This document shows, piece by piece, positions 1 through 11,524 of a stretch of DNA of 64,000 bases. A program made the position numbers and the translations under genes. This stretch comes from an uncultured Pelagibacteraceae bacterium (GTDB lineage Bacteria > Pseudomonadota > Alphaproteobacteria > Pelagibacterales > AG-422-B15): assembly GCA_902521655.1 (NCBI GenBank), contig CABYSM010000004.1:3125-67124 (forward strand). Reading direction: 5' to 3'. Numbering within the stretch: position 1 is the first letter of the stretch; each line of letters starts with the position of its first letter. The notes beneath the pieces are model-generated. The model saw only the letters and a list, made by a program, of their open reading frames with translations. It did not search any database and was not told the origin of the DNA.

Positions 1-201
1 TTCAAACTGAAAGTCTGCATCTTGCTGATTAAATGAAAATAGTAAGTATAGAGAAATTAAAAAATTTAAAAAAGATATCCATAAGGCTGTATGTTTTAGA
101 TTATTTGAACTTTGATCATTATTATTTCTGATCAAAGTCATAAAAAATATCCCAACTATTGGAAGTAAAATTAAAATACTTAAGATTGGCAATTCATTCA
201 T
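1..201 (-). CDS. nuoM: NADH-quinone oxidoreductase subunit M, first 67 codons (gene runs off the window start)
   Basis: Hand translation of the minus strand from ATG at 201 gives MNELPILSILILLPIVGIFFMTLIRNNNDQSSNNLKHTALWISFLNFLISLYLLFSFNQQDADFQFE, open to position 1. Hydrophobic N-terminus and FQF(V)E-type motif are typical of NuoM. Lies directly downstream of the nuoL stop. Not in the supplied ORF track. Confidence 0.8.
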   Translation of the reverse strand, partial: MNELPILSILILLPIVGIFFMTLIRNNNDQSSNNLKHTALWISFLNFLISLYLLFSFNQQDADFQFE

Positions 202-204
202 TAA

Positions 205-2127
205 TTAAAACCTAAAAATTATAAGTGTTATAATCAAAGATAAGCCAATCAGAATTGCAAATGCATAATGATAAATAAATCCAGATTGAATTTGCTTAGT
301 TCTTGATGAGATACGGCTGACTAAAGAAGCGAGGCCATTTGGTCCAAAGCCATCAATAATATAACCGTCAATTAGTTTCCAAAACAATTTGCCAATTCCT
401 ATTGCTGGCTTAACAAGAACCATGTTGTAAAGTTCATCAAAATACCATTTGTTCAGCAAAAAATTGTATAAAGGCTTATTTAATTCAGCGATATTTTTAG
501 CAATATTTGACTTTCGTAGATACATCATCCAAGCAATGAAAAATCCAACAACCCCTAAAATTGCTGGAAGGTAATAAATTAATAATGGGATATTATTATG
601 ATCTTCATGATGTAGAACAATAGATCCATTCCAGAATTCGTCACTGTTGTAACCTATAAAGTAACTTTTAAATATAAATCCAAAAAAGAGAGCTCCAATA
701 GCTAAAATCATTAGAGGTATAAGCATGATCGATGATGACTCATGAACTTTTCTATAATCCTCTTCAGCCATTCTAGTTTTTCCATTGAAAACAAGGAACA
801 TTAAGCGCCATGAATAAAACGAAGTCATTACAACTCCAATAGTAAGTAGAATGTAAGCATAATCAGCAAAATTTGAATTTGATAGATATGCTGTTTCAAT
901 AATAGCGTCTTTTGAATAATAGCCAGATGTGAATGGAAAGCCCATTAATGATATGGTTCCAATAATCATCATGACTTGAGTGATTGGTATAAAATTACTT
1001 ATCCCTCCCATTTTTCTAATGTCCTGTTCTTCATGTACGGCATGAATAACTGAGCCTGCTCCAAGGAAAAGAAGTGCCTTAAAAAATGCATGAGTGAACA
1101 AATGGAACATTGCTACCCCGTAAGCGCCTAAACCTGCAGCAACAAACATGTAACCGAGCTGACTGCATGTTGAATAAGCAATCACTCTTTTAATATCGTT
1201 TTGAACAAGGCCAATGGTTGCCGCAAAAAATGCAGTACTTGCGCCAATAACTACGACAAAATCCATCGCAATTGGCGCTAAATCAAAAAGCGGTGAACAT
1301 CTTACTACTAGAAAAACCCCAGCAGTAACCATGGTCGCCGCATGAATTAATGCTGAAACAGGCGTAGGGCCTTCCATCGCATCAGGCAGCCACGTGTGTA
1401 AAAAAAGTTGGGCTGATTTTCCCATCGCACCTATAAATAAAAAAATACAAATTAGTGTTAACGCATGGATCTCGTATCCAATAAAAGCAAATTGAGTATC
1501 TGAAAATTTGGCCGCACTGTTGAAAACATTTTCATACTCAATACTTCCAAAAACAATAAAAATTGTAAAAATTCCAAGTGCTAATCCAAAGTCACCAACG
1601 CGGTTGACTATGAAGGCTTTTATGGCAGCTGCGTTTGCTGTGGGTTTCTTGTACCAAAAGCCAATTAATAAATATGAAGCTAAACCAACTCCTTCCCACC
1701 CAAAAAATAATTGCAAAAAATTATCTGCTGTAACGAGCATGATCATCGCAAATGTAAACAGTGACAAATAACCCATAAATCTAGGCTTACTATCATCATG
1801 TGACATGTATCCAATTGAATAAACATGCACCAAAGCAGAAACACTTGTGATAACCACTAACATTACACTGGTTACAGAGTCTAAATAAATAGACCAATCA
1901 GCAGAAAAAGAGCCTGACTCAATCCATGTAAATAATTTTAAAGAAACAACACTGGGGCTACCTATATTGACGATGAAAATATAAAAAGAAAAGAACGCTG
2001 CTAAAACAATAAAAGTACAGGTAATTACCTCAGCTAAACGATCTAAGAAAGCATTTCTTTTAAAAAAAGATAATGTGCACGCAATGAGAAACCCCAATAA
2101 GGGAAGCATTACAATGCTGTGAATCAT
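205..2127 (-). CDS. nuoL: NADH-quinone oxidoreductase subunit L
   Basis: 640-aa polytopic membrane ORF with ND5/NuoL motifs (FFGWEGVGLASYLLIGFW, ALIHAATMVTAGVFLV). Sits between nuoK and nuoM. Confidence 0.95.
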   Translation of the reverse strand: MIHSIVMLPLLGFLIACTLSFFKRNAFLDRLAEVITCTFIVLAAFFSFYIFIVNIGSPSVVSLKLFTWIESGSFSADWSIYLDSVTSVMLVVITSVSALVHVYSIGYMSHDDSKPRFMGYLSLFTFAMIMLVTADNFLQLFFGWEGVGLASYLLIGFWYKKPTANAAAIKAFIVNRVGDFGLALGIFTIFIVFGSIEYENVFNSAAKFSDTQFAFIGYEIHALTLICIFLFIGAMGKSAQLFLHTWLPDAMEGPTPVSALIHAATMVTAGVFLVVRCSPLFDLAPIAMDFVVVIGASTAFFAATIGLVQNDIKRVIAYSTCSQLGYMFVAAGLGAYGVAMFHLFTHAFFKALLFLGAGSVIHAVHEEQDIRKMGGISNFIPITQVMMIIGTISLMGFPFTSGYYSKDAIIETAYLSNSNFADYAYILLTIGVVMTSFYSWRLMFLVFNGKTRMAEEDYRKVHESSSIMLIPLMILAIGALFFGFIFKSYFIGYNSDEFWNGSIVLHHEDHNNIPLLIYYLPAILGVVGFFIAWMMYLRKSNIAKNIAELNKPLYNFLLNKWYFDELYNMVLVKPAIGIGKLFWKLIDGYIIDGFGPNGLASLVSRISSRTKQIQSGFIYHYAFAILIGLSLIITLIIFRF

Positions 2128-2131
2128 AATA

Positions 2132-2437
2132 TTATCCTTTTAAGGTATTTATTTTCTCAATCTCAATACTACCTGCATTCCGGTTATAAATTACCAGAAT
2201 TGCCAATCCAATCGCAGCTTCTGCAGCAGCAACCGTTAATACAAACAATGAAAATATCTGACCTGTTAGATCATTTAAAAAATAAGAAAATGAAACTAAA
2301 TTTATATTAACTGCCAATAAAATAATCTCAATTGACATTAGAATGATAATTACATTTTTTCGATTCAAGAATATTCCAATAACACCTATTGAGAAGAGTA
2401 GAGCTGATAAGATAAGAAATTGATTGAGTTCAACCAT
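2132..2437 (-). CDS. nuoK: NADH-quinone oxidoreductase subunit K
   Basis: 101-aa, 3-TM ORF (ND4L-like, ...[16 protein letters not shown]...). Operon position between nuoJ and nuoL. Confidence 0.93.
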   Translation of the reverse strand: MVELNQFLILSALLFSIGVIGIFLNRKNVIIILMSIEIILLAVNINLVSFSYFLNDLTGQIFSLFVLTVAAAEAAIGLAILVIYNRNAGSIEIEKINTLKG

Positions 2438-3051
2438 TATATATCAACGCCCTCACCTGATTTTACATCTATAAGTTCGATTTTTCCTTTTCTATCAACT
2501 TGCTCTGATACAATTTGTCGTTTGACACCTTCTCTATCTCTCAAGGTCAATACAATTGAGCCAATCATGGCAACCAATAAAATTACACCCGATAACTGAA
2601 AATACAGTACATAATTAGTATAGAGAATTGATCCTATTGCTTCAGTATTAGATTGGCCTATGAATTTATCCAATGGGTTGGATAGTATCTGAATATTGGA
2701 TAAATCCAGACGAGTGTTGATTAATACAATAACAAGTTCAGCAATAAACACTAATCCTATAAGAAGGCCTATTGGCATGTATTGTAGAATATTGTCTTTT
2801 TCAAGCGAGGTCTTAAAGTCAAGCATCATAACAACAAACAAAAATAAGACAGCTACAGCGCCAACATAGACAATAATTAATATCATGGCCAAAAACTCCG
2901 CATGAAGAATAACAAATATTCCAGCGGCATTAAGAAAAGCTAATATTAAAAATAAAACTGAATGGACAGGGTTTTTTGTTGAAATTACCATTAAAGAGGA
3001 GAGCAGAAGGACTGCGGAAAAAAGGTAAAAAGTTATTAGTGTAATTGACAT
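2437..3051 (-). CDS. nuoJ: NADH-quinone oxidoreductase subunit J
   Basis: 204-aa membrane ORF (ND6-like N-terminus, [13 protein letters not shown]). 1-nt overlap with the nuoK start. Operon position fits. Confidence 0.92.
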   Translation of the reverse strand: MSITLITFYLFSAVLLLSSLMVISTKNPVHSVLFLILAFLNAAGIFVILHAEFLAMILIIVYVGAVAVLFLFVVMMLDFKTSLEKDNILQYMPIGLLIGLVFIAELVIVLINTRLDLSNIQILSNPLDKFIGQSNTEAIGSILYTNYVLYFQLSGVILLVAMIGSIVLTLRDREGVKRQIVSEQVDRKGKIELIDVKSGEGVDI

Positions 3052-3056
3052 TAGAT

Positions 3057-3542
3057 TTACCTGTATTTGGAGTCAGCTTCTAAATTTTCAGCAATAACCG
3101 TCTCCCACCTATCGCCATTTTCTAACAGTTTATCTTTAGAGTAATAAAGTTCTTTTCTGGTCTCTGTTGTGAATTCAAAGTTTGGGCCTTGAACAATTGC
3201 ATCAACGGGACAGGATTCTTCACATAGACCACAATAAATACATTTAACCATATCAATGTCGTATCTTGTGGTTCTTCTTGTTCCATCGTCTCTTGGTTCA
3301 GTTTCAATTGTGATTGCCTGAGCTGGACATACTGCTTCACATAACTTACATCCAATACATCTTTCCTCACCACTCGGATAACGTCTTAATGCATGTTCAC
3401 CTCTAAATCGTGGGCTAAGCTTTCCTTTTTCAAAAGGATAATTAATAGTTGCTTTTTTTTGAAAAAAATATTTCTGAGCTAGCAAGTAAGCCTTAATGAA
3501 ATCTATTAATAAAAATGATTTTAAAAAATTAAAAAAACTCAT
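3057..3542 (-). CDS. nuoI: NADH-quinone oxidoreductase subunit I (2x[4Fe-4S] ferredoxin-type)
   Basis: Two ferredoxin cluster motifs, [12 protein letters not shown] and [12 protein letters not shown]. 161 aa. Confidence 0.96.
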   Translation of the reverse strand: MSFFNFLKSFLLIDFIKAYLLAQKYFFQKKATINYPFEKGKLSPRFRGEHALRRYPSGEERCIGCKLCEAVCPAQAITIETEPRDDGTRRTTRYDIDMVKCIYCGLCEESCPVDAIVQGPNFEFTTETRKELYYSKDKLLENGDRWETVIAENLEADSKYR

Positions 3543-4552
3543 GACATTCCTGGTGCAAGTTTAAAGAAGAATAGTATTGATGATGTAAGCACAACAGCAA
3601 GTAATGATAAAGGTAGAAATACTTTCCAACCTAATCTCATAAGCTGATCATAACGATACCGTGGAACAAAAGCTTTAACCATGGCAAACATGTAAAAAAC
3701 TATTGTTACTTTAAGAATAAACCAAACAAATCCAGGAATAGCATTTAATGGATAAACATCAACAGGTGGTAGCCATCCTCCTAAGAAGAGAATAGTCGTC
3801 ATAGCACACATTAATAAAATGTTTATGTATTCGCCAAACAAAAAAAGGACAAAAGGCATTCCTGAATATTCAGTTTGATAACCTGCTACTAATTCTGACT
3901 CAGCCTCAGGTAAATCAAATGGGGGTCTGTTAGTTTCAGCTAAGGCAGAGATAAAAAAGACTACAAACATAGGAAACAACGGTATGAAAAACCACATATT
4001 CTTTTGAGCAACTACGATTTCACTCAAGTTTAGCGACCCCACACACATTAAAACAGTTACAATAACAAAACCTATTGATACTTCATATGATACCATTTGA
4101 GCAGCAGATCTTAATGCTCCAAAAAAAGGATATTTGCTATTTGATGCCCAACCAGCCATTAATATTCCATAAACTCCAAGAGAACTAATTGCAAAAATAT
4201 ATAATATGCCCACATTAATATTTGCTAACACAATTCCTGATTGAACAGGTATTACAGCCCAAGCTGCGATAGATAACGCAAGAGTTATAATTGGAGCAAT
4301 CAGAAATACAATTTTATCAGCACTATCAGGCAGAATGATTTCTTTGAATATAAATTTTAATCCATCGGCTGGCACTTGAAACAATCCAAATGGACCAACT
4401 ACATTAGGCCCTCTCCTTTTTTGAACAGCTGCCCATATTTTTCTATCAGCATAAAGAGCTAAAATAACTCCGAGCAGAAGTGGAATAAAAATTAAAATAC
4501 AATAAAAAATAATTGTTATTAATTCAAATAAATTAGACTGCAGCATATTCAT
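3539..4552 (-). CDS. nuoH: NADH-quinone oxidoreductase subunit H
   Basis: 337-aa ND1-family membrane protein with [20 protein letters not shown] motif. 4-nt overlap with nuoI. Confidence 0.96.
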   Translation of the reverse strand: MNMLQSNLFELITIIFYCILIFIPLLLGVILALYADRKIWAAVQKRRGPNVVGPFGLFQVPADGLKFIFKEIILPDSADKIVFLIAPIITLALSIAAWAVIPVQSGIVLANINVGILYIFAISSLGVYGILMAGWASNSKYPFFGALRSAAQMVSYEVSIGFVIVTVLMCVGSLNLSEIVVAQKNMWFFIPLFPMFVVFFISALAETNRPPFDLPEAESELVAGYQTEYSGMPFVLFLFGEYINILLMCAMTTILFLGGWLPPVDVYPLNAIPGFVWFILKVTIVFYMFAMVKAFVPRYRYDQLMRLGWKVFLPLSLLAVVLTSSILFFFKLAPGMS

Positions 4553-4556
4553 TGTA

Positions 4557-7067
4557 CTATGATGCTTTCTCTTTAATTGGATTTCTCATTTCTTTTCTTG
4601 CTCTACTGCATTCTGCCATTGTGCTAGAGTGACGTGAGATTGTATCTGTAACGTAAAAATCTTTTATACTTGGAATTAATTCTTTGTTCTCAAAATTAAT
4701 TTCCTTGAGTTTAGTGTAATATGCTTCTTGGTTATCGCTGATGACAACTATCCCATCAGGGGTGAAATTAGCATCATCCGCTAGACCAATTAAGTTATTT
4801 TTATTTCTCTTGGTATATGCCCATTTTTTTTGATTATAAGATAAATCATCCCATGCCTTACCTAGGCTTTTTGCATATTGTTCTTCATAAGGTAAGATCA
4901 CGTTGTTTTTCTTTTTAATGTCATTAACCACCTTAAACCCATAATTTTCTGTAAATTCTGACCAAGTTTCAGGGTAATTATATTTTCTTAAATACTCCCT
5001 CTGACGATCACTAAGATCTTTCCATGGTAAATTGAATATTTTTTGAGCAGAGTTATTTTCAAAATTTTTAATATTCTCATTTAAAGTATCTGATTTTTTT
5101 TCTTTTGCAGACCTAGTATCTTTAGGTGCAATTTCAATTTCGTCTTTAGATTTATTTTCTAAAAGTTTGATATATTCATTTATTTGATCATTAAAATTTT
5201 CATTGAGATGAGGGTAATCTGCAAAGATTGCCCTTCTTACATCACCTTGTTCAATGAAGGACCAATTTAGTGACATTAGTTCGCTAATTTGATTTATTAT
5301 TTTCCAGTCTTCTTTAGCTTCTCCTGGAGGAAAACTAGCTTTATTAGCAAATTGAGGTCTTCCTTCCGTATTTATATATATGCCATCTTTTTCGGTGTAT
5401 GCAGCAGAAGGTAATATAATATCAGCTTTACTTGCTCCCTTGTCGCCATGAGTACCCATGTAAACAATCCTACTTTTTTCAAAATTTTCGTAATCTATTT
5501 CATCTGCACCAAATGATATAAGAAGTTTAACTTTTTCATTACGTGCATCATCTAAAATATCGTCTAAATTTTTATTTTTCTGATAACATCCTACTTCTAA
5601 TGAACCTACTCTTGAGGCGCTTAATTGCAATACATTAAACCCATTCCATTCATCATTAACCATATTAAACTTCTCAATGAATGTTTCGAGTAGTGAATAA
5701 ATTTGAATTGAGTCCTCTCTGTTTAATAATGCTTGTCCTATAATAAGCATTGGCTTTTTCGCTTCAGTAAACTTTTTTGAAAATTCATTTTTATCATATA
5801 AAATATCAGTTAAAATATTTACATCATTGCCTAAGTGTTCATAGTTGTAAGTTAAGTCAAAGTTTTCTCCAATGAGGGCTACAGGCAAATCTTTAGAGAT
5901 CACTTGCTTCCTAATTCGTGCATTTATAATGGCTGCCTCTTCTCTTACATTGCTGCCAACTATTAATATGCAATCAGTTTCATCTAAACCATTTATTTTT
6001 GAGTTAAATAAATATTGTGACCGATGGTTAAAAGGAATTTTGCATCCATCTTGTCGACATTCAATTGACTTTATGTTTAGTGTGTCAGCTAATTTTTTAG
6101 TTAAATATGCAGTCTCTAAATCAATAAAGTCCCCTAATAAAAAAACAATTTCTTCAGGCTTGTTTGTTTGTAAAAGCTCTTTGACAGTTAAAAGAGATTC
6201 ATTCCAATCTGTTTCTTTGAACTTTCCATTATTTTTTATTAACGGCGTATCTATTCGTTGCGTCAATAGCCCATCGCAAGCATAACGAGTCTTATCTGAA
6301 ATCCATTCTTCATTGATATCTTCATTAAGCACTGGCAATATTCTCTTAACTTTCCACCCATACGTATCTACTCTAATATTTGAGCCCACAGCATCCATAA
6401 CATCAATGGACTCTGTTTTTTTTAGTTCCCATGGCCTTGCTTCGAATTGGTAAGGCTTAGATGTCAACGCCCCCACCGGACAGAGATCCACAATGTTTGC
6501 AGATAGTTCAGAGTCGAGCGTTTTTTCGAGATAGGTTGTTATTTCCATATCTTCTCCCCTATTCAGTGCGCCTAATTGATTAACACCAGCTACTTCATCA
6601 GCAAATCGAATACATCTGGTGCAGTGAATACATCGGGTCATGTATGTTTTAATAAGTGGCCCCATATGTTTCTCATCAACAGATCTTTTATTCTCATTAA
6701 ATCTTGAATTTTCAGGTCCAAATGCAACAGTTTGATCCTGTAAATCACATTCTCCTCCCTGATCACAAACTGGACAGTCAAGCGGGTGATTTATAAGAAG
6801 AAACTCCATAACCCCTTCTCGAGCTTTTTTGACTGATTGAGTATTGGTATGAATAGACATGCCCTCATTTATTGGCATAGCGCAGGATGCAATGGGTTTA
6901 GGAGCGCCTTCAACATCTACAAGACACATCCGACAGTTCCCAGCTATAGACAATCGATCGTGATAACAAAACCTTGGTATCTCAAGGCCAGCTTCCTCAC
7001 AGGCCTGCAGGATTGTTAATCCCTCTTGAACATCATTTTCAATACCATTTATTTTGACCTTAACCAT
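4557..7067 (-). CDS. nuoG: NADH-quinone oxidoreductase subunit G (75-kDa subunit), unusually long at 836 aa
   Basis: N-terminal Fe-S motifs [42 protein letters not shown] and CPVGALT. C-terminal [19 protein letters not shown] motif is intact. Extra segment between residues about 633 and 790 (see findings). Confidence 0.95.
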   Translation of the reverse strand: MVKVKINGIENDVQEGLTILQACEEAGLEIPRFCYHDRLSIAGNCRMCLVDVEGAPKPIASCAMPINEGMSIHTNTQSVKKAREGVMEFLLINHPLDCPVCDQGGECDLQDQTVAFGPENSRFNENKRSVDEKHMGPLIKTYMTRCIHCTRCIRFADEVAGVNQLGALNRGEDMEITTYLEKTLDSELSANIVDLCPVGALTSKPYQFEARPWELKKTESIDVMDAVGSNIRVDTYGWKVKRILPVLNEDINEEWISDKTRYACDGLLTQRIDTPLIKNNGKFKETDWNESLLTVKELLQTNKPEEIVFLLGDFIDLETAYLTKKLADTLNIKSIECRQDGCKIPFNHRSQYLFNSKINGLDETDCILIVGSNVREEAAIINARIRKQVISKDLPVALIGENFDLTYNYEHLGNDVNILTDILYDKNEFSKKFTEAKKPMLIIGQALLNREDSIQIYSLLETFIEKFNMVNDEWNGFNVLQLSASRVGSLEVGCYQKNKNLDDILDDARNEKVKLLISFGADEIDYENFEKSRIVYMGTHGDKGASKADIILPSAAYTEKDGIYINTEGRPQFANKASFPPGEAKEDWKIINQISELMSLNWSFIEQGDVRRAIFADYPHLNENFNDQINEYIKLLENKSKDEIEIAPKDTRSAKEKKSDTLNENIKNFENNSAQKIFNLPWKDLSDRQREYLRKYNYPETWSEFTENYGFKVVNDIKKKNNVILPYEEQYAKSLGKAWDDLSYNQKKWAYTKRNKNNLIGLADDANFTPDGIVVISDNQEAYYTKLKEINFENKELIPSIKDFYVTDTISRHSSTMAECSRARKEMRNPIKEKAS

Positions 7068-8335
7068 TATGCAGCTCGAATTTTAGTTAAACGATCTTCT
7101 ATTTCTTCTCTAAAGTGTCTGAACAAACCCTGAATAGGCCATGCTGCTGCATCACCAAGGGCGCAAATCGTATGTCCTTCAATTTGTTTAGTAACATCAA
7201 GCAATTTATCGATATCACTGGAAGTTGCGTTTCCTTCTCCAATTTTTTCCATCATTCTCCACAACCACCCAGTGCCTTCACGACATGGTGTACATTGACC
7301 ACAACTTTCGTGTTTATAAAAATGAGATAATTTTGATATCGCCTTTACTAGATCAGTGCTCTTATCCATAACAATAACAGCTGCAGTTCCTAAACCACTT
7401 TTTACTTCCGTAAGAGAGTCAAAGTCCATTAAAATACCATCACATATATCTTTTGGTATTAGTGGAACTGAAGATCCTCCAGGGATAACAGCTTTTAAAT
7501 TATTCCATCCCCCAATCACTCCTCCTGCATGTTTTTCTATTAATTCACGAAGAGGTATGCCCATTTCTTCTTCAATATTACATGGGTTATTGACGTGTCC
7601 TGAAATACAGAAAACCTTTGTCCCTGTATTCTTCTTTCTACCGAATGAGGAGAACCAATCACCCCCTCTTCTTAAAATTGTTGGGACTACTGCAATTGTC
7701 TCAACATTATTGACAGTTGTTGGGGCTCCATACAGGCCCTTATTGGCAGGGAACGGTGGTTTAAGTCGGGGAAATCCTTTTTTACCTTCAAGACTCTCAA
7801 GAAGTGCTGTTTCCTCTCCACATATATACGCACCTGCTCCTCGGTGAAGGTAAATATCAAAATCCCAACCAGACTTAGCAGCATTCTTGCCAACCAGCCC
7901 TGCTTCGTATGCCTCATCAATTGCATTCTGAAGAACAACAGCTTCATTAAAATATTCACCTCTTATGTAAATATAACAAGTATGTGCGTTCATAGCGAAA
8001 GAAGCCAGAAGGCATCCCTCGATAAGCTTATGGGGTTCATTTCTTATCATGTCACGATCTTTACAAGTCCCTGGTTCAGACTCATCAGCATTGACAACAA
8101 GATAATTATTCAAGGCAGGGTCTTTAGGCATAAAAGACCATTTCAATCCTGTTGGAAAACCAGCCCCACCACGTCCTCTTAACTCAGATTTTTTCATTTC
8201 ATCAATGATCCAATCGCGACCTTTTTTGATAAGTGATTTTGTATTGTTCCAGTCGCCTCTTTTTTGAGCGCCCTTTAAACTATACGTTTCATCTCCAAAA
8301 AGATTTGTAAATATTTTATCCTTTTCTTTTAACAT
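7067..8335 (-). CDS. nuoF: NADH-quinone oxidoreductase subunit F (51-kDa, NADH/FMN-binding)
   Basis: [13 protein letters not shown] (FMN/NADH site) and [12 protein letters not shown] (4Fe-4S). 422 aa. Confidence 0.97.
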   Translation of the reverse strand: MLKEKDKIFTNLFGDETYSLKGAQKRGDWNNTKSLIKKGRDWIIDEMKKSELRGRGGAGFPTGLKWSFMPKDPALNNYLVVNADESEPGTCKDRDMIRNEPHKLIEGCLLASFAMNAHTCYIYIRGEYFNEAVVLQNAIDEAYEAGLVGKNAAKSGWDFDIYLHRGAGAYICGEETALLESLEGKKGFPRLKPPFPANKGLYGAPTTVNNVETIAVVPTILRRGGDWFSSFGRKKNTGTKVFCISGHVNNPCNIEEEMGIPLRELIEKHAGGVIGGWNNLKAVIPGGSSVPLIPKDICDGILMDFDSLTEVKSGLGTAAVIVMDKSTDLVKAISKLSHFYKHESCGQCTPCREGTGWLWRMMEKIGEGNATSSDIDKLLDVTKQIEGHTICALGDAAAWPIQGLFRHFREEIEDRLTKIRAA

Positions 8336-8892
8336 TATGAAACCGCCTTTGAGCTAGTTCGACCATTTTGTGACCCAACTTTAATTTCTACGCCATCCAT
8401 CAATGACTGCAGTATATTTTTTGTTGTGTCATAAGTTAGATCTTCATAGTAATCATCATTAATTTGAACTAAAGGAGCATTGACACATGCACCCAAACAC
8501 TCGACCTGCATCCAAGAAAAAAGACCATCTTTTGATAGGGTATTTTGATTAGGTGAAATCATTTCTTTGCACGCTTTAGCAACTTGCTCTGATCCTCTGA
8601 GCCAACATGGTGTTGTTCCACATACTTGAACTAAATATTTGCCATTGTATTTTGTGTAATACATTGAGTAAAAAGTAACTACCTCCCACGCTTTAATAAA
8701 AGGGATTTCTATATAATTAGCCACATACTCAACGACATCTCTGCTAAGCCAGTTATCATTTTGTCTTTGGGCTAAATCTAGTAACGGCATTATTGCACTT
8801 TGTTTTCTATCTGAGGGATATTTAGCAAGTATCTTGACTGCTTCACGTTCATTTGTTTTGTTGAAAGAAAAATTGACATTAGAATTACTCAT
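8335..8892 (-). CDS. nuoE: NADH-quinone oxidoreductase subunit E (24-kDa, 2Fe-2S)
   Basis: [11 protein letters not shown] and [10 protein letters not shown] cysteine motifs. 185 aa. 1-nt overlap with the nuoF start. Confidence 0.94.
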   Translation of the reverse strand: MSNSNVNFSFNKTNEREAVKILAKYPSDRKQSAIMPLLDLAQRQNDNWLSRDVVEYVANYIEIPFIKAWEVVTFYSMYYTKYNGKYLVQVCGTTPCWLRGSEQVAKACKEMISPNQNTLSKDGLFSWMQVECLGACVNAPLVQINDDYYEDLTYDTTKNILQSLMDGVEIKVGSQNGRTSSKAVS

Positions 8893-10061
8893 CTATCCAC
8901 CTCTCCAAAAACGATAGCTATTGAACCTAGTATCGCTGGAACGTCAGCAAGTAAATGTCCTTTTGACAATAGATCAAAAGCTTGAAGGTGCGCAAACCCA
9001 GGAGCCCTGATTTTACATCTATAAGGTCGACTTGTTCCATCGGCTATAAGATAAACTCCAAACTCACCTTTAGGCGCCTCAACAGCAGTATATATTTCAC
9101 CTTCTGGCACATGGAAACCCTCTGTAAAAAATTTAAAATGATGAATAATAGACTCCATAGAATTCTTCATATCCATCCTTTTGGGAGCCGCAATTTTAGA
9201 GTCTCGATTTATAACTTCACCCGTAGGCATTTTATCGAGACACTGTAGCATGATCTTAATGCTCTCTCTCATCTCATCTATTTGGCAAAGATAGCGATCG
9301 TAACAATCGCCATTTGAACCAACTGGTATTTTGAAATCAAGCTTATCGTAACAATCGTATGGTTGAGATTTTCTTAAATCCCATGAAACACCACATGCTC
9401 TTAAAACAAATCCACTAAAGCCTCTATCAACAGCATCTTCTTTAGACACTATTCCTATATTCACATTTCTTTGCTTGAATATTCTATTTTCAGTCAACAG
9501 ACTTTCAATATCATCAAGTGCTTTTGGAAAGTTATTGCAAAAATCAAAGATCTTATCAGTTAAGCCATCTGGTAAATCTTGATGAACCCCACCCGCTCTG
9601 AAGTATGCAGCATGAAATCTTGATCCAGAAACTTCCTCATAAAAATCGAGTAATTTTTCTCTTTCATCAAAACCCCACGTGATTGGGGTCATTGCGCCAA
9701 CATCCATTGCTGTCGTTGTTACGTTTAAAAGGTGGCTAAGCAATCGGCCAATTTCTGCAAACAAAACTCTTATATACTGACCTCTTTCAGGAACCTCAAC
9801 GTTGAGTAACTTTTCAATCGCTAAAGCAAAAGCATGTTCTTGATTCATCGGCGCAACATAGTCCAACCTGTCAAAATACGGCAGCGCTTGTAAATAGGTT
9901 TTGTGCTCAATCAATTTTTCGGTACCACGATGCAATAATCCTATATGCGGATCAGCTCTTTCTACAATCTCTCCATCAAGATCTAGAATTAGTCTCAATA
10001 CACCGTGAGCTGCAGGATGCACAGGACCAAAATTAACAGTAACTGTTTTACTACTACTCAT
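8889..10061 (-). CDS. nuoD: NADH-quinone oxidoreductase subunit D (49-kDa)
   Basis: [15 protein letters not shown]-terminal motif and IVFGEVDR C-terminus. 390 aa. Confidence 0.97.
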   Translation of the reverse strand: MSSSKTVTVNFGPVHPAAHGVLRLILDLDGEIVERADPHIGLLHRGTEKLIEHKTYLQALPYFDRLDYVAPMNQEHAFALAIEKLLNVEVPERGQYIRVLFAEIGRLLSHLLNVTTTAMDVGAMTPITWGFDEREKLLDFYEEVSGSRFHAAYFRAGGVHQDLPDGLTDKIFDFCNNFPKALDDIESLLTENRIFKQRNVNIGIVSKEDAVDRGFSGFVLRACGVSWDLRKSQPYDCYDKLDFKIPVGSNGDCYDRYLCQIDEMRESIKIMLQCLDKMPTGEVINRDSKIAAPKRMDMKNSMESIIHHFKFFTEGFHVPEGEIYTAVEAPKGEFGVYLIADGTSRPYRCKIRAPGFAHLQAFDLLSKGHLLADVPAILGSIAIVFGEVDR

Positions 10062-10647
10062 TATTTTTTTTATCTTCTTTCAAATAATTTGTTCTCTCCC
10101 AAGGACTTTGAATATCAAAACTTCTGAAGTCTTGTTGCAAATTCACTGGCTCATGAATTATTTTTTTATCAATTTCATCGTATCTAATTTCAACATTGCC
10201 ACTAAGGGGGAAATCTTTTCTTAATGGATAACCTTCAAATCCATAGTCTGTAAGAATTCTTCTTAAGTCTGGGTGATCTTTAAATTGAATGCCGTACATA
10301 TCAAATGCTTCACGTTCAAACCAATTTGCTGCAGGAAAGATTGATGTAATACTAGATATAGTTTCAGTTTCACTTACAGTAATCTTTATCCTTAAACGGA
10401 TATTGTGTTTAAAGCTTAGAAAATGATAAATAACGTCAAATCTTTTTGTTCGTTCAGGAAAATCAACTCCTGCAATATCAGTAATTTGTCGAAATTCACA
10501 TGCCTCATCATTTTTTATAAAATCGACTACATCTAAGATTTGATTAGCAGAAATGAATATTTGCAGTTGATTGAAATCATCTGAAATTTTAATGGGGTTG
10601 CAATTCTTTTTTATAGCTTCTTTAGCTGCTTCAATGCTCTTAGACAT
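10054..10647 (-). CDS. nuoC: NADH-quinone oxidoreductase subunit C (30-kDa)
   Basis: [24 protein letters not shown] motif. 197 aa. Overlaps nuoD by 8 nt. Confidence 0.95.
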   Translation of the reverse strand: MSKSIEAAKEAIKKNCNPIKISDDFNQLQIFISANQILDVVDFIKNDEACEFRQITDIAGVDFPERTKRFDVIYHFLSFKHNIRLRIKITVSETETISSITSIFPAANWFEREAFDMYGIQFKDHPDLRRILTDYGFEGYPLRKDFPLSGNVEIRYDEIDKKIIHEPVNLQQDFRSFDIQSPWERTNYLKEDKKNNE

Positions 10648-11162
10648 TATCTTTTTATATTACCCTCGCGCCTAATTTTCTTTTGAAGTTGTAGAAGACC
10701 GTATAACAGTCCTTCTGCAGTTGGTGGGCATCCAGGCACATAAACATCTACTGGAATAATTCGATCACACCCTCTTACAACAGAATAAGAATAATGATAA
10801 TAACCACCACCGTTTGCACAACTTCCCATTGAAATGACATATCTAGGTTCAGGCATTTGGTCGTATGCTTTACGTAATGCCGATGCCATTTTATTCGTGA
10901 GAGTTCCAGCAACTATTAGGACGTCCGCATGTCTTGGTGATGCTCTTGGTGCAGCTCCAAACCTTTCCACGTCATAACGTGGCGTACCGACGTGCATCAT
11001 TTCTACTGCACAGCAGGCTAAGCCAAAAGTCATCCAATGCAGTGAGCCCGTTCTTGCCCAGTTAATAAGATTATTGATGCTAGTTACAACAAAACCCTTG
11101 TCCGCATAGAGTTCTTTTAATTTCTCTAATTCAGGACTTGTTTCTTGAATGTCTGTATTCAT
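10647..11162 (-). CDS. nuoB: NADH-quinone oxidoreductase subunit B (PSST, N2 cluster)
   Basis: [22 protein letters not shown] and GCPPTAE motifs. The ORF track starts at 11189. I prefer the in-frame ATG at 11162 because it forms an ATGA start/stop overlap with nuoA (stop 11161-11159). Confidence 0.9.
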   Translation of the reverse strand: MNTDIQETSPELEKLKELYADKGFVVTSINNLINWARTGSLHWMTFGLACCAVEMMHVGTPRYDVERFGAAPRASPRHADVLIVAGTLTNKMASALRKAYDQMPEPRYVISMGSCANGGGYYHYSYSVVRGCDRIIPVDVYVPGCPPTAEGLLYGLLQLQKKIRREGNIKR

Positions 11163-11524
11163 TGCCATTCTAAAGCGCCCTTCTTCCACTCATAAATAAA
11201 CCCAACTGTGAGAACCCCGAGAAAAATCATCATTGAAATAAAACCAAATAATCCAAGGGTTCCAAAAGTTACAGCCCATGGAAAAAGAAATGCGACTTCA
11301 AGATCAAATATTATAAATAATAGTGTTACCAGATAAAAACGAACGTCAAACTTCATTCTGGAATCTCCAAATTGTTCAAAGCCACATTCATACGCTGAAT
11401 TTTTTTCAGAATCCGGATTGCTTACAGCAGCTAAATAATTGGCGAGTACGAACAGGCAGCTAATCGCAAGTGCTACGAAGATAAAAATTAAAATAGGCAT
11501 ATATTCACTAAGTGCGTAGTTCAT
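11159..11524 (-). CDS. nuoA: NADH-quinone oxidoreductase subunit A
   Basis: 121-aa, 3-TM ORF with YECGF motif. First gene of the nuo operon. Confidence 0.94.
   Translation of the reverse strand: MNYALSEYMPILIFIFVALAISCLFVLANYLAAVSNPDSEKNSAYECGFEQFGDSRMKFDVRFYLVTLLFIIFDLEVAFLFPWAVTFGTLGLFGFISMMIFLGVLTVGFIYEWKKGALEWQ

Noticed and set aside
1508-1771. Opposite-strand ORFs lying wholly inside well-supported genes. This one is in nuoL. Others are at 2119-2310, 5872-6285, 6837-7019, 7115-7330, 7356-7847, 7844-8182, 8982-9248, 13364-13600, 16403-16819, 16981-17163, 17892-18164, 18500-18817, 18969-19193, 19938-20132, 21171-21368, 22835-23092, 24168-24368, 24528-24776, 25464-25655, 27369-27623, 28771-29046, 29220-29453, 31513-31725, 32566-32796, 32809-33030, 35664-36265 (four ORFs), 36704-36949, 37262-37495, 37703-37888, 39201-39494, 40208-40570, 40770-40964, 41151-41573, 44628-45002, 46281-46541, 49263-49532, 56168-56371, 57092-57322, 58839-59051, 59831-60061, 61793-61990 and 62295-62573.
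   Set aside because: These are shadow ORFs expected in an AT-rich genome opposite long, motif-rich conserved genes. Their translations are low-complexity and carry no recognisable motif, start context or independent support.
3122-3373. Same-strand alternative-frame ORFs inside real genes. This one is in nuoI. Others are at 7687-7959 (nuoF), 20493-20723 (clpP), 29478-29690 (glnA), 33843-34025 (parE), 45056-45316 (uvrA), 56684-56899 (permease) and 59820-60098 (DUF1111 gene).
   Set aside because: The primary frame carries the conserved catalytic or cofactor motifs in every case. The alternative frames have none.
11162-11189. A 9-codon N-terminal extension of NuoB (MEEGRFRMA) in the ORF track.
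   Set aside because: It would overlap nuoA by 31 nt. The internal ATG at 11162 gives the common ATGA coupling and a normal NuoB N-terminus. The longer form cannot be excluded without proteomics.
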